A stretch of 64,000 bases of DNA from an uncultured Bacteroidaceae bacterium (GCA_963777115.1 CAVZPP010000004.1:8635-72634); one strand, 5' to 3'; counted from the first letter of the stretch, positions 17,969 to 28,405 are shown. Notes: generated by a model from the letters alone, not told the origin. Program-made: numbers and translations.

Positions 17969-19539
17969 TCAACCGATTACTCCAGTCTTCTTGTATTCTT
18001 TTTTGAACCTCCGGATCAGGTTTTTTCCCGTAACAACACTGGCAGTGATTACACCGTTCAGGGGTGTTAATCCATGTGCAAAAATGTCTTCACCGGTAAA
18101 GAAGAGGTTTTTTATACCCGACCTGGGGGATAATTCAGGATTAAATGCTTTCTGAATATCAAGACCAAACATTGATCCCTGGTCATGGTGGGTGAAGTTT
18201 TTAACATCCAGTGGGGTGATTAGTTTGGAGTAGCTGATATGTTCTTTGATCCCAGGAAATTTCTCATTCCAGGCGATCGAGATAGAGCTTTGTGATCTGT
18301 TCGCAGACCTGTTTATATTCATCGCTATCCTGCTTTCCTTCATATTTTTCAAAGTACTCATACCTGGTTTCGTGATGCATCTCTGCCGTCTGATACTCCG
18401 GATTCTGGTGTTCTTTGTTCAGAAGGGAAGGGAATGAGATGGTCAGATCATCACAAACCCACCCTTTTTCTGTTGGATTGCGTGACATGATGGAGGGATC
18501 GCCAATGATGGTTTTGTAGGCGGATCTCTTGATTTCAAAAGATGAAATATCACCTTCAAATCCAACCAGTAAAAGCAGAAATGAGGGAACAGAACTATGC
18601 TTTTCCAGGGCCCTGACCAGACGGGTGGGTCGTTCCTGCTCCGGCACAAGCCCGAACAGGGTCTCTTTAATACCAATGGAACTAATAATCTTGTCTGCAA
18701 ATATCCTGGTTCCCATCTTCAGTCTCCACTCCAATGGCCCTGCTATCTTTAAAAAAAATCCTTTTCACCCCTGATGATGTCCCGGCTTCTCCACCTTTTA
18801 AGTTAACTGAAGCCACAAGTGATCTACCAGCGCTTGACCTCCTCCATCCGGGTAAAACATCCCGTTGAACTGCATATTCTGAGCATATGCATAGAATGGG
18901 AAAGGTGTCTCAGCAAGGGGAATTCCAAAGTAGTGTGAGAAAGACAAAAGGATGGCTCTAAGTTTCTTGTTCTCTATTTTCAGGACATTGTCGACGACTT
19001 CAGTGACAGATTTATCCATATGGGGCAGCATCTTCAATGCCTTGGAGAATCCGAACATGATCTTGGAAATGGCAGGCGGATACATTTTAGGAAGGGAAAA
19101 CATTTCTGATTTTTTCCCAAGAATGTGCAGCCATTTGAAGTACACATCAATTTTTTGACTTTCATCGGGGAACTCAGATTTCAACTTTTCCAACAATTTG
19201 CTTTTGTCATTTATAAATGCAAATTGATAATCCAGTCCGGGGAAATATTTAATTTGACATTCATCATCCAGCGGAGAGAAGGATGCCTTTCCCGCCGGTA
19301 ATAGCTTTTAGCAGCATGTAATCGACGCTGGTTTCAGAATAGTCACACACCCATTGTACTCCTGGAGACCAGGTCCAGTTGCCCCTCTCCGAATCCGTAT
19401 AAGTACTCAATGAACCCCCAAGGACCCGGTTCTTTTCCAGCACCAATACCTTGTAATTACACATTGCAAGCGATGCAGCACATGACAGGCCGCCAATACC
19501 GGAACCAATAATTATTGCATCAAATTCTTTTTCTGGCAT
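17969..19539 (-). pseudogene. FAD/NAD(P)-binding oxidoreductase of the phytoene-desaturase/retinol-saturase type; at least 3 frameshifts as read
   Basis: ORFs 19264..19608 (true start probably MPEKEFDAIIIGSGIGGLSCAASLA at 19539), 18798..19196, 18264..18734 and 17969..18361 (C-terminal FFTGEDIFAHGLTPLNGVITASVV). Confidence 0.7.
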
Positions 19540-19884
19540 CTCCTTTTCATTTATTGCAAGATACATAATGGAATGTATATATGCACATGAGCAAATGCCA
19601 GAGATCATAAAGCAATCCCGGCTTAACTAGAGATTAAACCGTAGTTAATCAATAGATTGTAGGTCATCAAAGTGTACGGACTCCGATTAGCTAAATGATA
19701 AGAGGAACATTTTAATATTTAACTTCCACCTATTTGGGGTCATTAAAATACCTTGATATTTAAAGGATTAGATGTCATATATTATATATATGGACTGGAA
19801 TCTGTATAACCGGATGATAAATAAATCAGAACAACTCATATTATTGGACTTTAGCGAGTACCTTTGGCAGAGAAAAAAAATGAA

Positions 19885-21357
19885 ATGAAGGTTGTTGTAC
19901 ACAGGAAAGATATCATATTTAAACCTGACCCCAGCAGAGTCATCGCTCGTTTTCTGTTTTCCGGCGATAACAGGGCTTTAAACACCATTCGTTCAGTAAT
20001 GGAAATGTCTGAAGAGGATGCTTCAGTTGCATTGAAACAGACGCTGAGGGATTATTCCATGCGTCACAGGAATATCTCAAAGGTCTTTGAAAAGCACTTT
20101 AACAGAATTGTATACCTGTTTAAGCAGGTGAATATTGATCCTGAATTGCTCGATTACTCCAGAAAAATATTGATAGGCTCCTATTTTACAATGGAATATT
20201 CCATCGAATCGGCAGCCTTCTTTAATCCTTCGATGGTCGAACACCCTGATCAGTCCGAGACAGGTAAAGGTCAAAAGAGAGTGATCATCAGTTTCAGGGC
20301 AACAGGGGAAGGACACATTTCTTCGATTGTCTTCCGGACCGGGGTGATCGATAAGGAGAATAACCTGAAATTAGAACCTGTAGGTAATCTTCTGGAGGAG
20401 GCTGAGCATATCCGAAGGCATGTATATGATAAAGAATCCTTCCGAATTAAGCTGGACGAAATGGAGGATTTTCAAGGAATTATTCCATCCGGTCTAATAC
20501 TGGATAAACTCGGCGAAAAATTTACTTATGGCGAGCTTCGAAAATGCATTGAAGAAGATAAAAAGACTCTGCACCTTGCTGCCTATAAAGAGATGTTTTT
20601 TAATCAGATCATGTGGTTGGCTTCATCTCATTACGAACTTGAATTTTCATTGGATACCAATATATCTGAAAGGGTTATTTTCCCTGTATCCTCAAACGAA
20701 AATAATGGGATTGAAGATGCCCGTTTCGTAAAATTTATTGATGATAACGATGAAGTGACCTATTATGCCACATATACCGCATATGATGGAACCACGATAT
20801 TGCCAAAACTTCTGGATACCAAGGACTTCTATCATTTCAAGGTATTGCCGCTTCATGGGGAAATTGCCCGGAACAAGGGGATGGCCATGTTTCCAAGAAA
20901 AATAAATGGATTATATGCCATGCTTTGCCGGTTAGATGGTTATAATAACTACATCGCCTATTCTGATAACATTAATGTCTGGCGTGAGGCAACATTATTG
21001 CAGCAACCAAAATTCCCCTGGGAATTTATTCAAATCGGGAATTGCGGCTCACCTATCGAAACCAGTGAGGGCTGGCTGGTGATTACCCATGGGGTCGGAC
21101 CCATGCGGGAATATGTGCTGGGTGCTTCCTTGTTCGATCTTGATCATCCTGAAAAAGAGATAGGAAGGTTGAAATCACCTTTGCTGGTTCCCAATAACGA
21201 AGAACGGGAGGGATATGTTCCCAATGTGGTTTATTCCTGCGGATCGATGATTCATAATGAGGATCTGATCATACCATATGCTAAATCTGATTATGCTTCA
21301 ACCTATGCCACAGTTCATTTGAATGAGCTCCTGGATGAGCTGAAAAGATCAAAATAG
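19885..21357 (+). CDS. GH130-like glycosidase/phosphorylase-fold protein with long N-terminal extension
   Basis: ORF 19864..21357, intact (probable ATG at 19885). The C-terminal half, with GIEDARFVKF, YYATYTAYDG, NKGMAMFPRKI, IGNCGSPIETSEGWLVITHGVGP, YVLGASLFDL and VPNVVYSCG, matches the GH130/DUF377 beta-propeller pattern. Confidence 0.7.
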   Translation: MKVVVHRKDIIFKPDPSRVIARFLFSGDNRALNTIRSVMEMSEEDASVALKQTLRDYSMRHRNISKVFEKHFNRIVYLFKQVNIDPELLDYSRKILIGSYFTMEYSIESAAFFNPSMVEHPDQSETGKGQKRVIISFRATGEGHISSIVFRTGVIDKENNLKLEPVGNLLEEAEHIRRHVYDKESFRIKLDEMEDFQGIIPSGLILDKLGEKFTYGELRKCIEEDKKTLHLAAYKEMFFNQIMWLASSHYELEFSLDTNISERVIFPVSSNENNGIEDARFVKFIDDNDEVTYYATYTAYDGTTILPKLLDTKDFYHFKVLPLHGEIARNKGMAMFPRKINGLYAMLCRLDGYNNYIAYSDNINVWREATLLQQPKFPWEFIQIGNCGSPIETSEGWLVITHGVGPMREYVLGASLFDLDHPEKEIGRLKSPLLVPNNEEREGYVPNVVYSCGSMIHNEDLIIPYAKSDYASTYATVHLNELLDELKRSK

Positions 21358-21523
21358 CAGAGGTTTCTACTACCTTAATCGGTTTCATCATCCTGCATAG
21401 CAGGAAACATGTGAAAGATGTAACTCTTATCCCTGAATTGTGTAATATTTCTCATGCCCGGTGGTATATCTTTATGCATATACCAGGACCATAATTAAAT
21501 GGTTCACCTAATACTCTACAAAA

Positions 21524-21702
21524 ATGAAGAATTCACTGTATGTTCTGGCCATTGTCCTTGTTATAGCCTGGGCCATAGGATTCTACGGTACCAAATTGGA
21601 GATATTATCCACATTCTTCTTGTTATGGCAGTTATTGCGGTAGTAATCAGGGTAATCGATGATGAAAAGTTGCTTAATAAATTAAAAATCAAACTGAAAT
21701 GA
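21524..21702 (+). pseudogene. lmo0937-family small membrane protein; one frameshift as read
   Basis: ATG at 21524 gives MKNSLYVLAIVLVIAWAIGFYG in one frame. IGDIIHILLVMAVIAVVIRVI (ORF 21499..21702) is in another. Together they match the two-helix lmo0937 family layout. The stop overlaps the next ATG (ATGA). Confidence 0.6.
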
Positions 21703-22550
21703 TCTATTTATATATTTTTATTCCTGTATTGGTAATATTGCTAGCGGGGATCAGGATTGTAAGGCCTACCCGACGGGGACTCATGGAGCGGCTTGGAAAA
21801 TATAACAGTCTGGCTTTACCAGGATTTCACTGGATCATACCCATTGTTGACAGGCTCTATATGGTGAATGTTACTGAGCAGATGGTGGATGCCGAACCCC
21901 AGGAGATCATTACCAACGATAATCTGAATGCAAGTGTTGATGCCCAGGTCTACTTCCGTGTGAAATCGGATGACGAAAGTGTAAAGGGAGCCATTTACAA
22001 TGTCAATAACTACACCTGGCAGATAGTAAACCTGGCGCGAACTACCCTTCGTAATATCATAGGTACACTTACGCTGAAATCCGCCAATAGTGAACGTGGA
22101 AAAATCAATGCCGATCTGTATAAAACCCTGCACAATGAAACACAGGGCTGGGGGATTGAAATCGTCCGGACAGAGTTAAAGCAAATTGATCCCCCCAGTG
22201 ACATTCAGGAAACCATGAATAAAGTGGTGAAGGCCGAAAATGAAAAAATTGCAGCCATCGATTCTGCCACTGCGGCGGAAACTGTGGCGGATGGCATCAA
22301 GCGTGCCAAAATTAAGGAAGCAGAGGGCTTCAAGCAATCGAAAATTTTACATGCAGAAGGAGAAGCAGAAGCTATCAAATTAGTCAATGAAGCTGCAGAT
22401 AAGTATTTCATTGGAAACGCACAGTTATTGAGAAAGCTGAAGGCCCTGGAAACATCACTGGAGAAGAATGCAAAAATAGTTATTCCCACAGGGTCGGATC
22501 TGGTCAACGTAATTGGCGATATGGCAGGAATACTTCCCCTGGAAAAATAA
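21699..22550 (+). CDS. SPFH/band-7 (stomatin/slipin-like) membrane protein
   Basis: ORF 21699..22550, 283 aa, intact. N-terminal TM. ITNDNLNASVDAQVYFRV, RTTLRNIIG, WGIEIVRTELKQIDPP and a coiled-coil tail. Confidence 0.85.
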   Translation: MIYLYIFIPVLVILLAGIRIVRPTRRGLMERLGKYNSLALPGFHWIIPIVDRLYMVNVTEQMVDAEPQEIITNDNLNASVDAQVYFRVKSDDESVKGAIYNVNNYTWQIVNLARTTLRNIIGTLTLKSANSERGKINADLYKTLHNETQGWGIEIVRTELKQIDPPSDIQETMNKVVKAENEKIAAIDSATAAETVADGIKRAKIKEAEGFKQSKILHAEGEAEAIKLVNEAADKYFIGNAQLLRKLKALETSLEKNAKIVIPTGSDLVNVIGDMAGILPLEK

Positions 22551-22562
22551 TATGAGGTAATC

Positions 22563-23559
22563 TTAGCGGAGAATCTTATTATAAACCTCCATATAACCTT
22601 CCACCATTTTCTCCTTGCTAAACGATGATGTAGCCCATTCCCTGCAGTCTTTCCGGTCGATAAATTCAATCTTTTACTGCTTCCACGGCCTCATCAATTA
22701 TCCACAGAAAACCGGTTTTTCTATCAACAATGAGTTCAGGCATAGACCCCCGATTAAATGCGATGACAGGTGTGCCGCACATCATGGCTTCTACCACACT
22801 CAGACCAAAAGGCTCTTCAAAACTGATGGGATGTAAAAGTGCAAAAGCATCACCCAACAATTTGTTTCGCTCAACCGGGCCGGAATTGCCCACGTAAATG
22901 ATATCCTTTTCATCAATATATGGTTTTACCTTATTAAAGTATTCCTGATCCTGAATAAGACCGGAAATGATCAGCTTTCTTTTTGAGGTCTTTGCAATTT
23001 CAATGGCTTCATACACACCTTTTTCCGGATGGATCCTGCCAAAAAAGAGCAGGTAATTGCAGATTCAGAATTGAAACTAAAATCCCTTGTGTCGATGCCA
23101 TTATAGACGGTTGCTGTATAACTCAGTTCCGGGCTGCGATCGGAATTGCTGATGGAAACATAATAACTTGAGTTGTTGTATTTTTTATAGACGGGAAGAA
23201 TTTTGGCAGAAGAAAATCCATGAATGGTTGTCAGCATCGGGGTTTTGATCAGCCCGGAATAGCTGAGAGGAAGAAAATCAAAATTGTTATGGATGATATC
23301 AAACTGGTCTGCCTGCTCCATCAAACGACTGATATGCAGGCATTCGGCTACTTTAGGGTCGACCTCCGCATGTTCTCCATATGGCTCACATTACCGAAGC
23401 CAGTTTGCCATTGGTAATCGAATCACCAGATGCAAACAAAGTGACATCAATACCCCTCTCAATCAGTCCTTCGGCGATATTTGAGGATACCTGTTCCCAG
23501 GGGCCATATTTTCTAGGGGGTGTTCGCCAGGCAATGGATGATAGTATGGCGATTTTCAT
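22563..23559 (-). pseudogene. GT4-family (group 1) glycosyltransferase; at least 3 frameshifts as read
   Basis: Reverse strand from ATG 23559 reads MKIAILSSIAWRTPPRKYGPWEQV.. ORFs 22971..23324 and 22666..23016 contain EEPFGLSVVEAMMCGTPVIAF..GSMPELI. The tail ..EGYMEVYNKILR stops at 22563. Confidence 0.75.
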
Positions 23560-23606
23560 GGTGTTTTTTAATATTCAATATGTCTTTAAAGGGCTTGTCA
23601 ATGCTT

Positions 23607-25840
23607 TCAGTCTGATTTATGTAATTCTTCATACGCCTGCAAAACGGTGAAATGAGAGATTAAATAGGCCAAAGAGCTTTCAGCTCCCTGGTTCCGGTTC
23701 ACTCCATAGCTTTCAAATCCATCGCAACAACCTTTGGTTTCAAAATCATATAAGCTCATTCTCAGGTCATTTTCACCCAAAAACCACAAAAATGAAGTGT
23801 ATAGCTTATTGAGATATGCTTTGTCTTTGGTGAAATGATATGCCTGGTGATACATCAACACCATGGCCATGGCATCAATGGGTTGCTGGGCAAAAACAGA
23901 CCGCTCTCCTTCTTTCTTATACCATTTTTCGTTTCCGATGATCGAGAGGTAATCATCCTTCAGGGTATGGGTTGTCAGGAAATCCATGGTAGTAAAGGCC
24001 ACTTGGGTAACCCGATCATCATTCAGTATGCCTGCTGCATGCAAAAGTGCAAGCGGTAAAATTCCGTTATCGTAAGCCAGCAAAGATTCAAACCATTTCC
24101 AATCGGGCGATTCATTCTCCTGGTAGTGTTTAATTAATTTGAAAGCCATGTTTCTTAACCTTTCGGTCATTGAATCATCTGAAGGGTTTGTTTTCAGGTA
24201 ATAACAAATTCCAATCATGGTATTGGCAATGCTTCTGATAGATTTTAACTTCTCAAAATTGGGTGCAGCATTAAAGAACACCCCACTACCTGCCTGAAAA
24301 TAGGCATCATTTGGAGCATTGCCAAGCAGATATCCCAGTGCCCAGATGGTCCTGCCAAAAGAGTCTTCGGAACCCACTTCGTCAAGAAAGTTCCGGTTAA
24401 AACTCATGAAGTTCCTGAAGGTTCCGTCTCGCATTCTGCATATAGTGAATGTAACTCAGATAGATGGGGGATAATTCCAGTGCCCTGGTGTCTTTCATCT
24501 GGCGGTAAGCCATCAGCACCATGAGCAGGGCTCTCGCATTATCATCCAGGCAGTACCCTTCCTTCAGGTTCGGGATGCCATATTTTGCATGTTGAATGAT
24601 ACCCGTGTCGTCTGTTAGACGATTAATATGAACCAGTGAAAAGGGTGGCAGAATGAGAAAATCCAGTACCGTATCAATCTTTTCTCTGGCTTATATTCTT
24701 TCTCAAGAATCGTATTGACAAGTTCAGCATATTTCTCTCCGGTTTTGGGCCAGGTAAAATTTCTTCCGTACTCAAGCGCATTTTTTTTCAATCCATTCAG
24801 CTCTGCCGGATGATCCAGAAGTTCATTGATGGTGGAAGAGAGATGATTGGAATTACCAAAATCAAAAAGCCTGCCTCTTCCTTCGGCCAGCAGTTCTGCA
24901 GCATGCCAGTAGGGTGTTGAGAGCACAGCAGCTCCAACCCCAACAGCGTAGGAAAGCGTGCCGCTGGTGATTTGCGATTCATTCAAATAGGGTGTGATAT
25001 AAATATCTGTGGCGGACAGGTATTTGAATAGATCCTGAACATCTATGAATTGATTTAAAAACAACACATGATTTTCCAGTTGCAGGTTTTTCACCAGGCG
25101 CATTAAAAATATGCGGTATTCTTCTCCTGAATGCCTTAATACATTTGGATGGGTTTTCCCCAATATGATATATACCACATCCGGGTGTCTTTGAACCACA
25201 TCGGGCAAGGCTTTAATGACTGTTTCAATTCCTTTATTCCGGCCAATAAACCCAAATGTGAGCAATACTTTTTTGCTTGCCAGTTTGAATTCTTCCTTTG
25301 ATTTTCCGGGCTAAACTTAATATCCGGGACCCCATGCTCTATTAAGGCAATTTTTTCCCGGGGTACATCGTAAATGTCAACCAGAAATTCAATGGCTTTT
25401 AAACTCATCACAATGATCTTCTGGGCCATTTTCCCAATTTCCTGCAAAACAGCCTTTTCATTGTATGAAGGCGTTTTAAGGATGGTATGCAGGGTCACTA
25501 CCAGAGGGATTTCCAATCGGTGCAGCAGGGGAAGAATATACACACCATTCTGGCCTCCGTAAATTCCAAACTCATGTTGAAGAATACATATATCTGCACC
25601 ACTTAAATTAATATATTTTGCAGCTTTTAAATAATCTTGCTGGTGTTCCTGCCTGATAGTTAACTTTACTTCCTGAGGATAATCATAGGTCAGGTTATGA
25701 TCGTTCATTGCCACCACAAACCCTTCAAAGTTTCCCTTTTCTGCTTTTTTGGAGTGTAGAACTGAATCAAACAGGTTATGAGTAAATGTACCGATACCAC
25801 ATTCCCTGGGCGGGTATGTGCCAATAAAAGCATATTTCAT
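23607..25840 (-). pseudogene. GT4-type glycosyltransferase fused to a C-terminal helical (six-hairpin-like) domain, ~740 codons; at least 3 frameshifts as read
   Basis: ORFs 25136..25840 (MKYAFIGTYPPRECGIGTF), 24615..25265 (FIGRNKGIE..YITPYLNESQITSGTLSYAVG) and 23607..24434. The connecting segments (IDTVLDFLILPPFSLVHINRLTDDTGIIQHAKYGIPNLKEGYCLDDNARAL) lie in other frames. Confidence 0.65.
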
Positions 25841-25858
25841 TATGCAACTGTATTTTCC

Positions 25859-25984
25859 CTAAAAATTAATTTTACTCTGGCTATTTTTATCTGCACGTTT
25901 GGCAGCTTTTGCTGCTCTCTTTTCTTTCAGGTTTTTTGCAGCTGGTTTTTTGCTGTTTTTCTTACTTTCTTTTTCTTTTGACAT
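25859..25984 (-). CDS. Possible 41-aa Lys/Ala-rich basic protein (histone-H1-like composition)
   Basis: Hand-translated reverse strand: MSKEKESKKNSKKPAAKNLKEKRAAKAAKRADKNSQSKINF-stop, 18 nt upstream of the GT gene start. Below the ORF-track size cut-off. Supported by composition only. Confidence 0.25.
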   Translation of the reverse strand: MSKEKESKKNSKKPAAKNLKEKRAAKAAKRADKNSQSKINF

Positions 25985-26034
25985 CTTTAGTGTAATTATG
26001 ATTATATTTCTGAAGGCTTACCTGATTAATCATC

Positions 26035-26385
26035 TCAAATAATAATACCTTCATACCCGCTCTTAATAATCGTTCTCAACATTTTTGCCGGATTATCTGC
26101 TCTTATAACATTGGCAGTATGTGCTGGAATCAGTATCCCCTGTCCGGTTACAAGGTTATTTGAACTATTGTCAATTACAATTTCAGCTTCACCCTCAATG
26201 ATTTGAAGATAAATATCGAAGGGAGAAATCTTCTCTGACAACGATTCTCCTGAATCAATGGCAATCGCATTGATGTTCCCGGTTAATCTTCGAATAATGG
26301 TCCTGGTCACTACGGATTTGGGAACATATTCAATTAAATCGATCACAATGTGAGCCTTTGAGCTTTCAATTTCTGCTGGTTTCAT
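26035..26385 (-). CDS. Cupin-domain protein
   Basis: ORF 26035..26385, 116 aa. Small beta-barrel pattern (ISPFDIYLQIIEGEAEIVID..GQGILIPAHTANVIRA). Confidence 0.6.
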   Translation of the reverse strand: MKPAEIESSKAHIVIDLIEYVPKSVVTRTIIRRLTGNINAIAIDSGESLSEKISPFDIYLQIIEGEAEIVIDNSSNNLVTGQGILIPAHTANVIRADNPAKMLRTIIKSGYEGIII

Positions 26386-26450
26386 GTGTCTGATTTATAT
26401 GTATACAAATTTAACTTGAAAGGCCCGAATGTGTGTTACACAATTGACTG

Positions 26451-26473
26451 TATGATTTACATGATTCACACAT
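26451..26473 (-). promoter_or_regulatory. 23-nt motif TATGATTTACATGATTCACACAT (tandem ATGATTnAC half-sites), copy A, upstream of cupin gene
   Basis: Read directly. Identical at 22/23 positions to 27392..27414. Lies 66 nt upstream of the cupin start on the minus strand. Confidence 0.4.
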
Positions 26474-26501
26474 GTGCCAGGGCCAGATTTACGAGTGAAC
26501 C

Positions 26502-27302
26502 CTAATGTCCCCCGGCTCTAAAAAAGGTTCCGATGGTCTTAATGAACAGAGCAAGATCTTTGGTTAGTTTCCAGTTATCGATGTAATGCAGGTCTAATTT
26601 CATCCATTCTTCGAAAGAAACATCGTGCCGGTTGGGGACAATTTGCCATGAACAGGTAATTCCGGGCTTGACAGAGAGCTTCCTTAATTGCCACCGTTCA
26701 TATTGTTTTACTTCCTCCTCAAGAGGGGGACGGGGACCGATGAGCGACATTTCTCCTTTAATCACGTTATAAAGCTGGGGCAGTTCATCAAGACCGGTCT
26801 TTCTGAGAAATTTTCCAATCCATGTAATCCTTGGATCATGCGTGATCTTAAAAACCGGTCCATTACCTTGCTGGGCTTTGAATGTAATGAGCCTGAAAAC
26901 CAGAGTAACTAATAAAACAATGAGCATATAGATGACGATGAGCAAAACAGGAATTGAGGTCAGTTGGAATAGAGTTGTTATGGCGACCAACCCTATAAAT
27001 ACGATAAATATGAAGCGCGTATAGTGGAGGATCAGGGTCAGATATCTCGGTGCACTGGGTATCAATGCCAACGTACTCACCTTTGAATGCACAAACCAGG
27101 ACATGAGAATAAGTGCAAAGAATAATAGTGCAATCCCCGTCTTGATTTCAATATCCCGCAGGAAGAGAACTTTCATGACCCATATAGAAAATGGGAATGC
27201 GATGCTGACAAGTAAGATCTCAGCCAGGTCAATAGTAAGCTTGTATTTTCTATAATTGCTTAACTGGTATTCGGCAAAATTGCTTAAAAAGCGCTTGCTC
27301 AT
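26502..27302 (-). CDS. Bacterial sugar transferase (polyprenyl-phosphate glycosyl-phosphotransferase family), atypical: appears to lack a conserved internal segment
   Basis: ORF 26502..27302, 266 aa. Multi-TM N-terminus. DPRITWIGKFLRKTGLDELPQLYNVIKGEMSLIGPRPP and KPGITCSWQ motifs. GPVF is followed directly by KITHDPRIT. Confidence 0.75.
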   Translation of the reverse strand: MSKRFLSNFAEYQLSNYRKYKLTIDLAEILLVSIAFPFSIWVMKVLFLRDIEIKTGIALLFFALILMSWFVHSKVSTLALIPSAPRYLTLILHYTRFIFIVFIGLVAITTLFQLTSIPVLLIVIYMLIVLLVTLVFRLITFKAQQGNGPVFKITHDPRITWIGKFLRKTGLDELPQLYNVIKGEMSLIGPRPPLEEEVKQYERWQLRKLSVKPGITCSWQIVPNRHDVSFEEWMKLDLHYIDNWKLTKDLALFIKTIGTFFRAGGH

Positions 27303-27391
27303 TCTGATTAAGGAGTAAGTAGTTTCTTAAACGTGAAACAATGATGTAAAATTCGAAATTAATTTTGGGATTGGAATTACATTATAGTAAA

Positions 27392-27414
27392 TATGATTTA
27401 CATCATTCACACAT
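27392..27414 (-). promoter_or_regulatory. 23-nt motif TATGATTTACATCATTCACACAT, copy B, upstream of sugar transferase gene and overlapping AraC stop
   Basis: Read directly. Lies 90 nt upstream of sugar transferase start 27302. Overlaps the last codons of the AraC-family gene. Confidence 0.4.
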
Positions 27415-27967
27415 CTTCAAGCGTACTCCGCCTCTTATTTTTCAGCATTTTGAAGTGCGAAGGGGTAAGCCCTGTAATCTTCTTAAATTGATTCGACAGG
27501 TGTGCAACGCTGCTATAGTGCAATTTGTAGGCAATCTCGGAGAGATTAAGTTCATCATAGACGATGAGTTCCTTAACCTTTTCAATTTTATGTTTCAGAT
27601 AGAATTTTTCGATGGTGATTCCCTTTACTTCCGAAAATAAATTGGCCAGGTAGGTATAATCGTAATTAAGCTTCTCGCTCAGGTGATCTGAAAGGTTTAT
27701 CTTGATTTGGTCCTCTGTATAATGCACCAATTCGATGACGGCGGCTTTAATTTTCTCCACCAGGATACTTTTTTTATCATCCATCAAAAGCAATCCGCTT
27801 TTTTTGAGGGCTATGTCCAACTGATCCAGTTTATCCCCGGGAATATCTCCAATGGTATGTGCCTCACCAATTTTAACATCAACATATTGTACACCAAGCT
27901 TTTCTAACTCGGCTTTCACTACCATCTGGCAACGAATACATACCATATTTTTGATATATATTATCAT
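27407..27967 (-). CDS. AraC-family transcriptional regulator with small N-terminal HMA-like domain
   Basis: ORF 27407..27967, 186 aa. N-terminus IKNMVCIRCQMVVKAELEKLGV. C-terminal HTH LSEIAYKLHYSSVAHLSNQFKKITGLTPSHF. Confidence 0.85.
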   Translation of the reverse strand: MIIYIKNMVCIRCQMVVKAELEKLGVQYVDVKIGEAHTIGDIPGDKLDQLDIALKKSGLLLMDDKKSILVEKIKAAVIELVHYTEDQIKINLSDHLSEKLNYDYTYLANLFSEVKGITIEKFYLKHKIEKVKELIVYDELNLSEIAYKLHYSSVAHLSNQFKKITGLTPSHFKMLKNKRRSTLEDV

Positions 27968-28023
27968 AGGTAGTTTTCAATTTATCTTATTGGCCCTATG
28001 AACGTTTCATAAGTCAATATGTA

Positions 28024-28044
28024 GCCCGATCAGCCTGATCGGGC
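28024..28044. promoter_or_regulatory. Perfect inverted repeat GCCCGATCA-gcc-TGATCGGGC in AraC / cytochrome divergent spacer
   Basis: Read directly. 9-bp GC-rich arms, 3-nt spacer, no adjacent T-run on either strand. Confidence 0.25.
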
Positions 28045-28126
28045 AATACCCACTAAGGTAAATTTATGAAATATTTTAATAATCAATCAAATACATATTG
28101 GAATAAATGTCTTAATATTACTGTAT

Positions 28127-28405
28127 ATGAAGGGATTCAAATTTAGTATTATACCCAGGGTTGGTACGATCATGATTTCTGTCACCTTGCTGGTTACGCT
28201 TACTTTTATTGTATGTTGCTCAGACGAGGATGAGTATCCCCAGTATAACCCTCCATCTGACCATACTATTAATAATGATGGTGTTTTGCATAAAAGCGGA
28301 CTATCAGATCCGACATTAAATTGTGTTGCCTGTCATGGCATTGATCTAAAAGGAGGAGCCTCGCAGGTATCGTGTTACGGTGTCATGGAAGAGAGTGGTA
28401 GTTAA
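28127..28405 (+). CDS. Small c-type cytochrome lipoprotein (one CxxCH as read, probably two)
   Basis: ORF 28127..28405. Lipobox-like LTFIVCCS and CVACHG. The C-terminus reads SCYGVMEESGS-stop, but adding one T in GGTGTC gives SCYGCHGREW-stop (a second haem motif). Confidence 0.6.
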   Translation: MKGFKFSIIPRVGTIMISVTLLVTLTFIVCCSDEDEYPQYNPPSDHTINNDGVLHKSGLSDPTLNCVACHGIDLKGGASQVSCYGVMEESGS

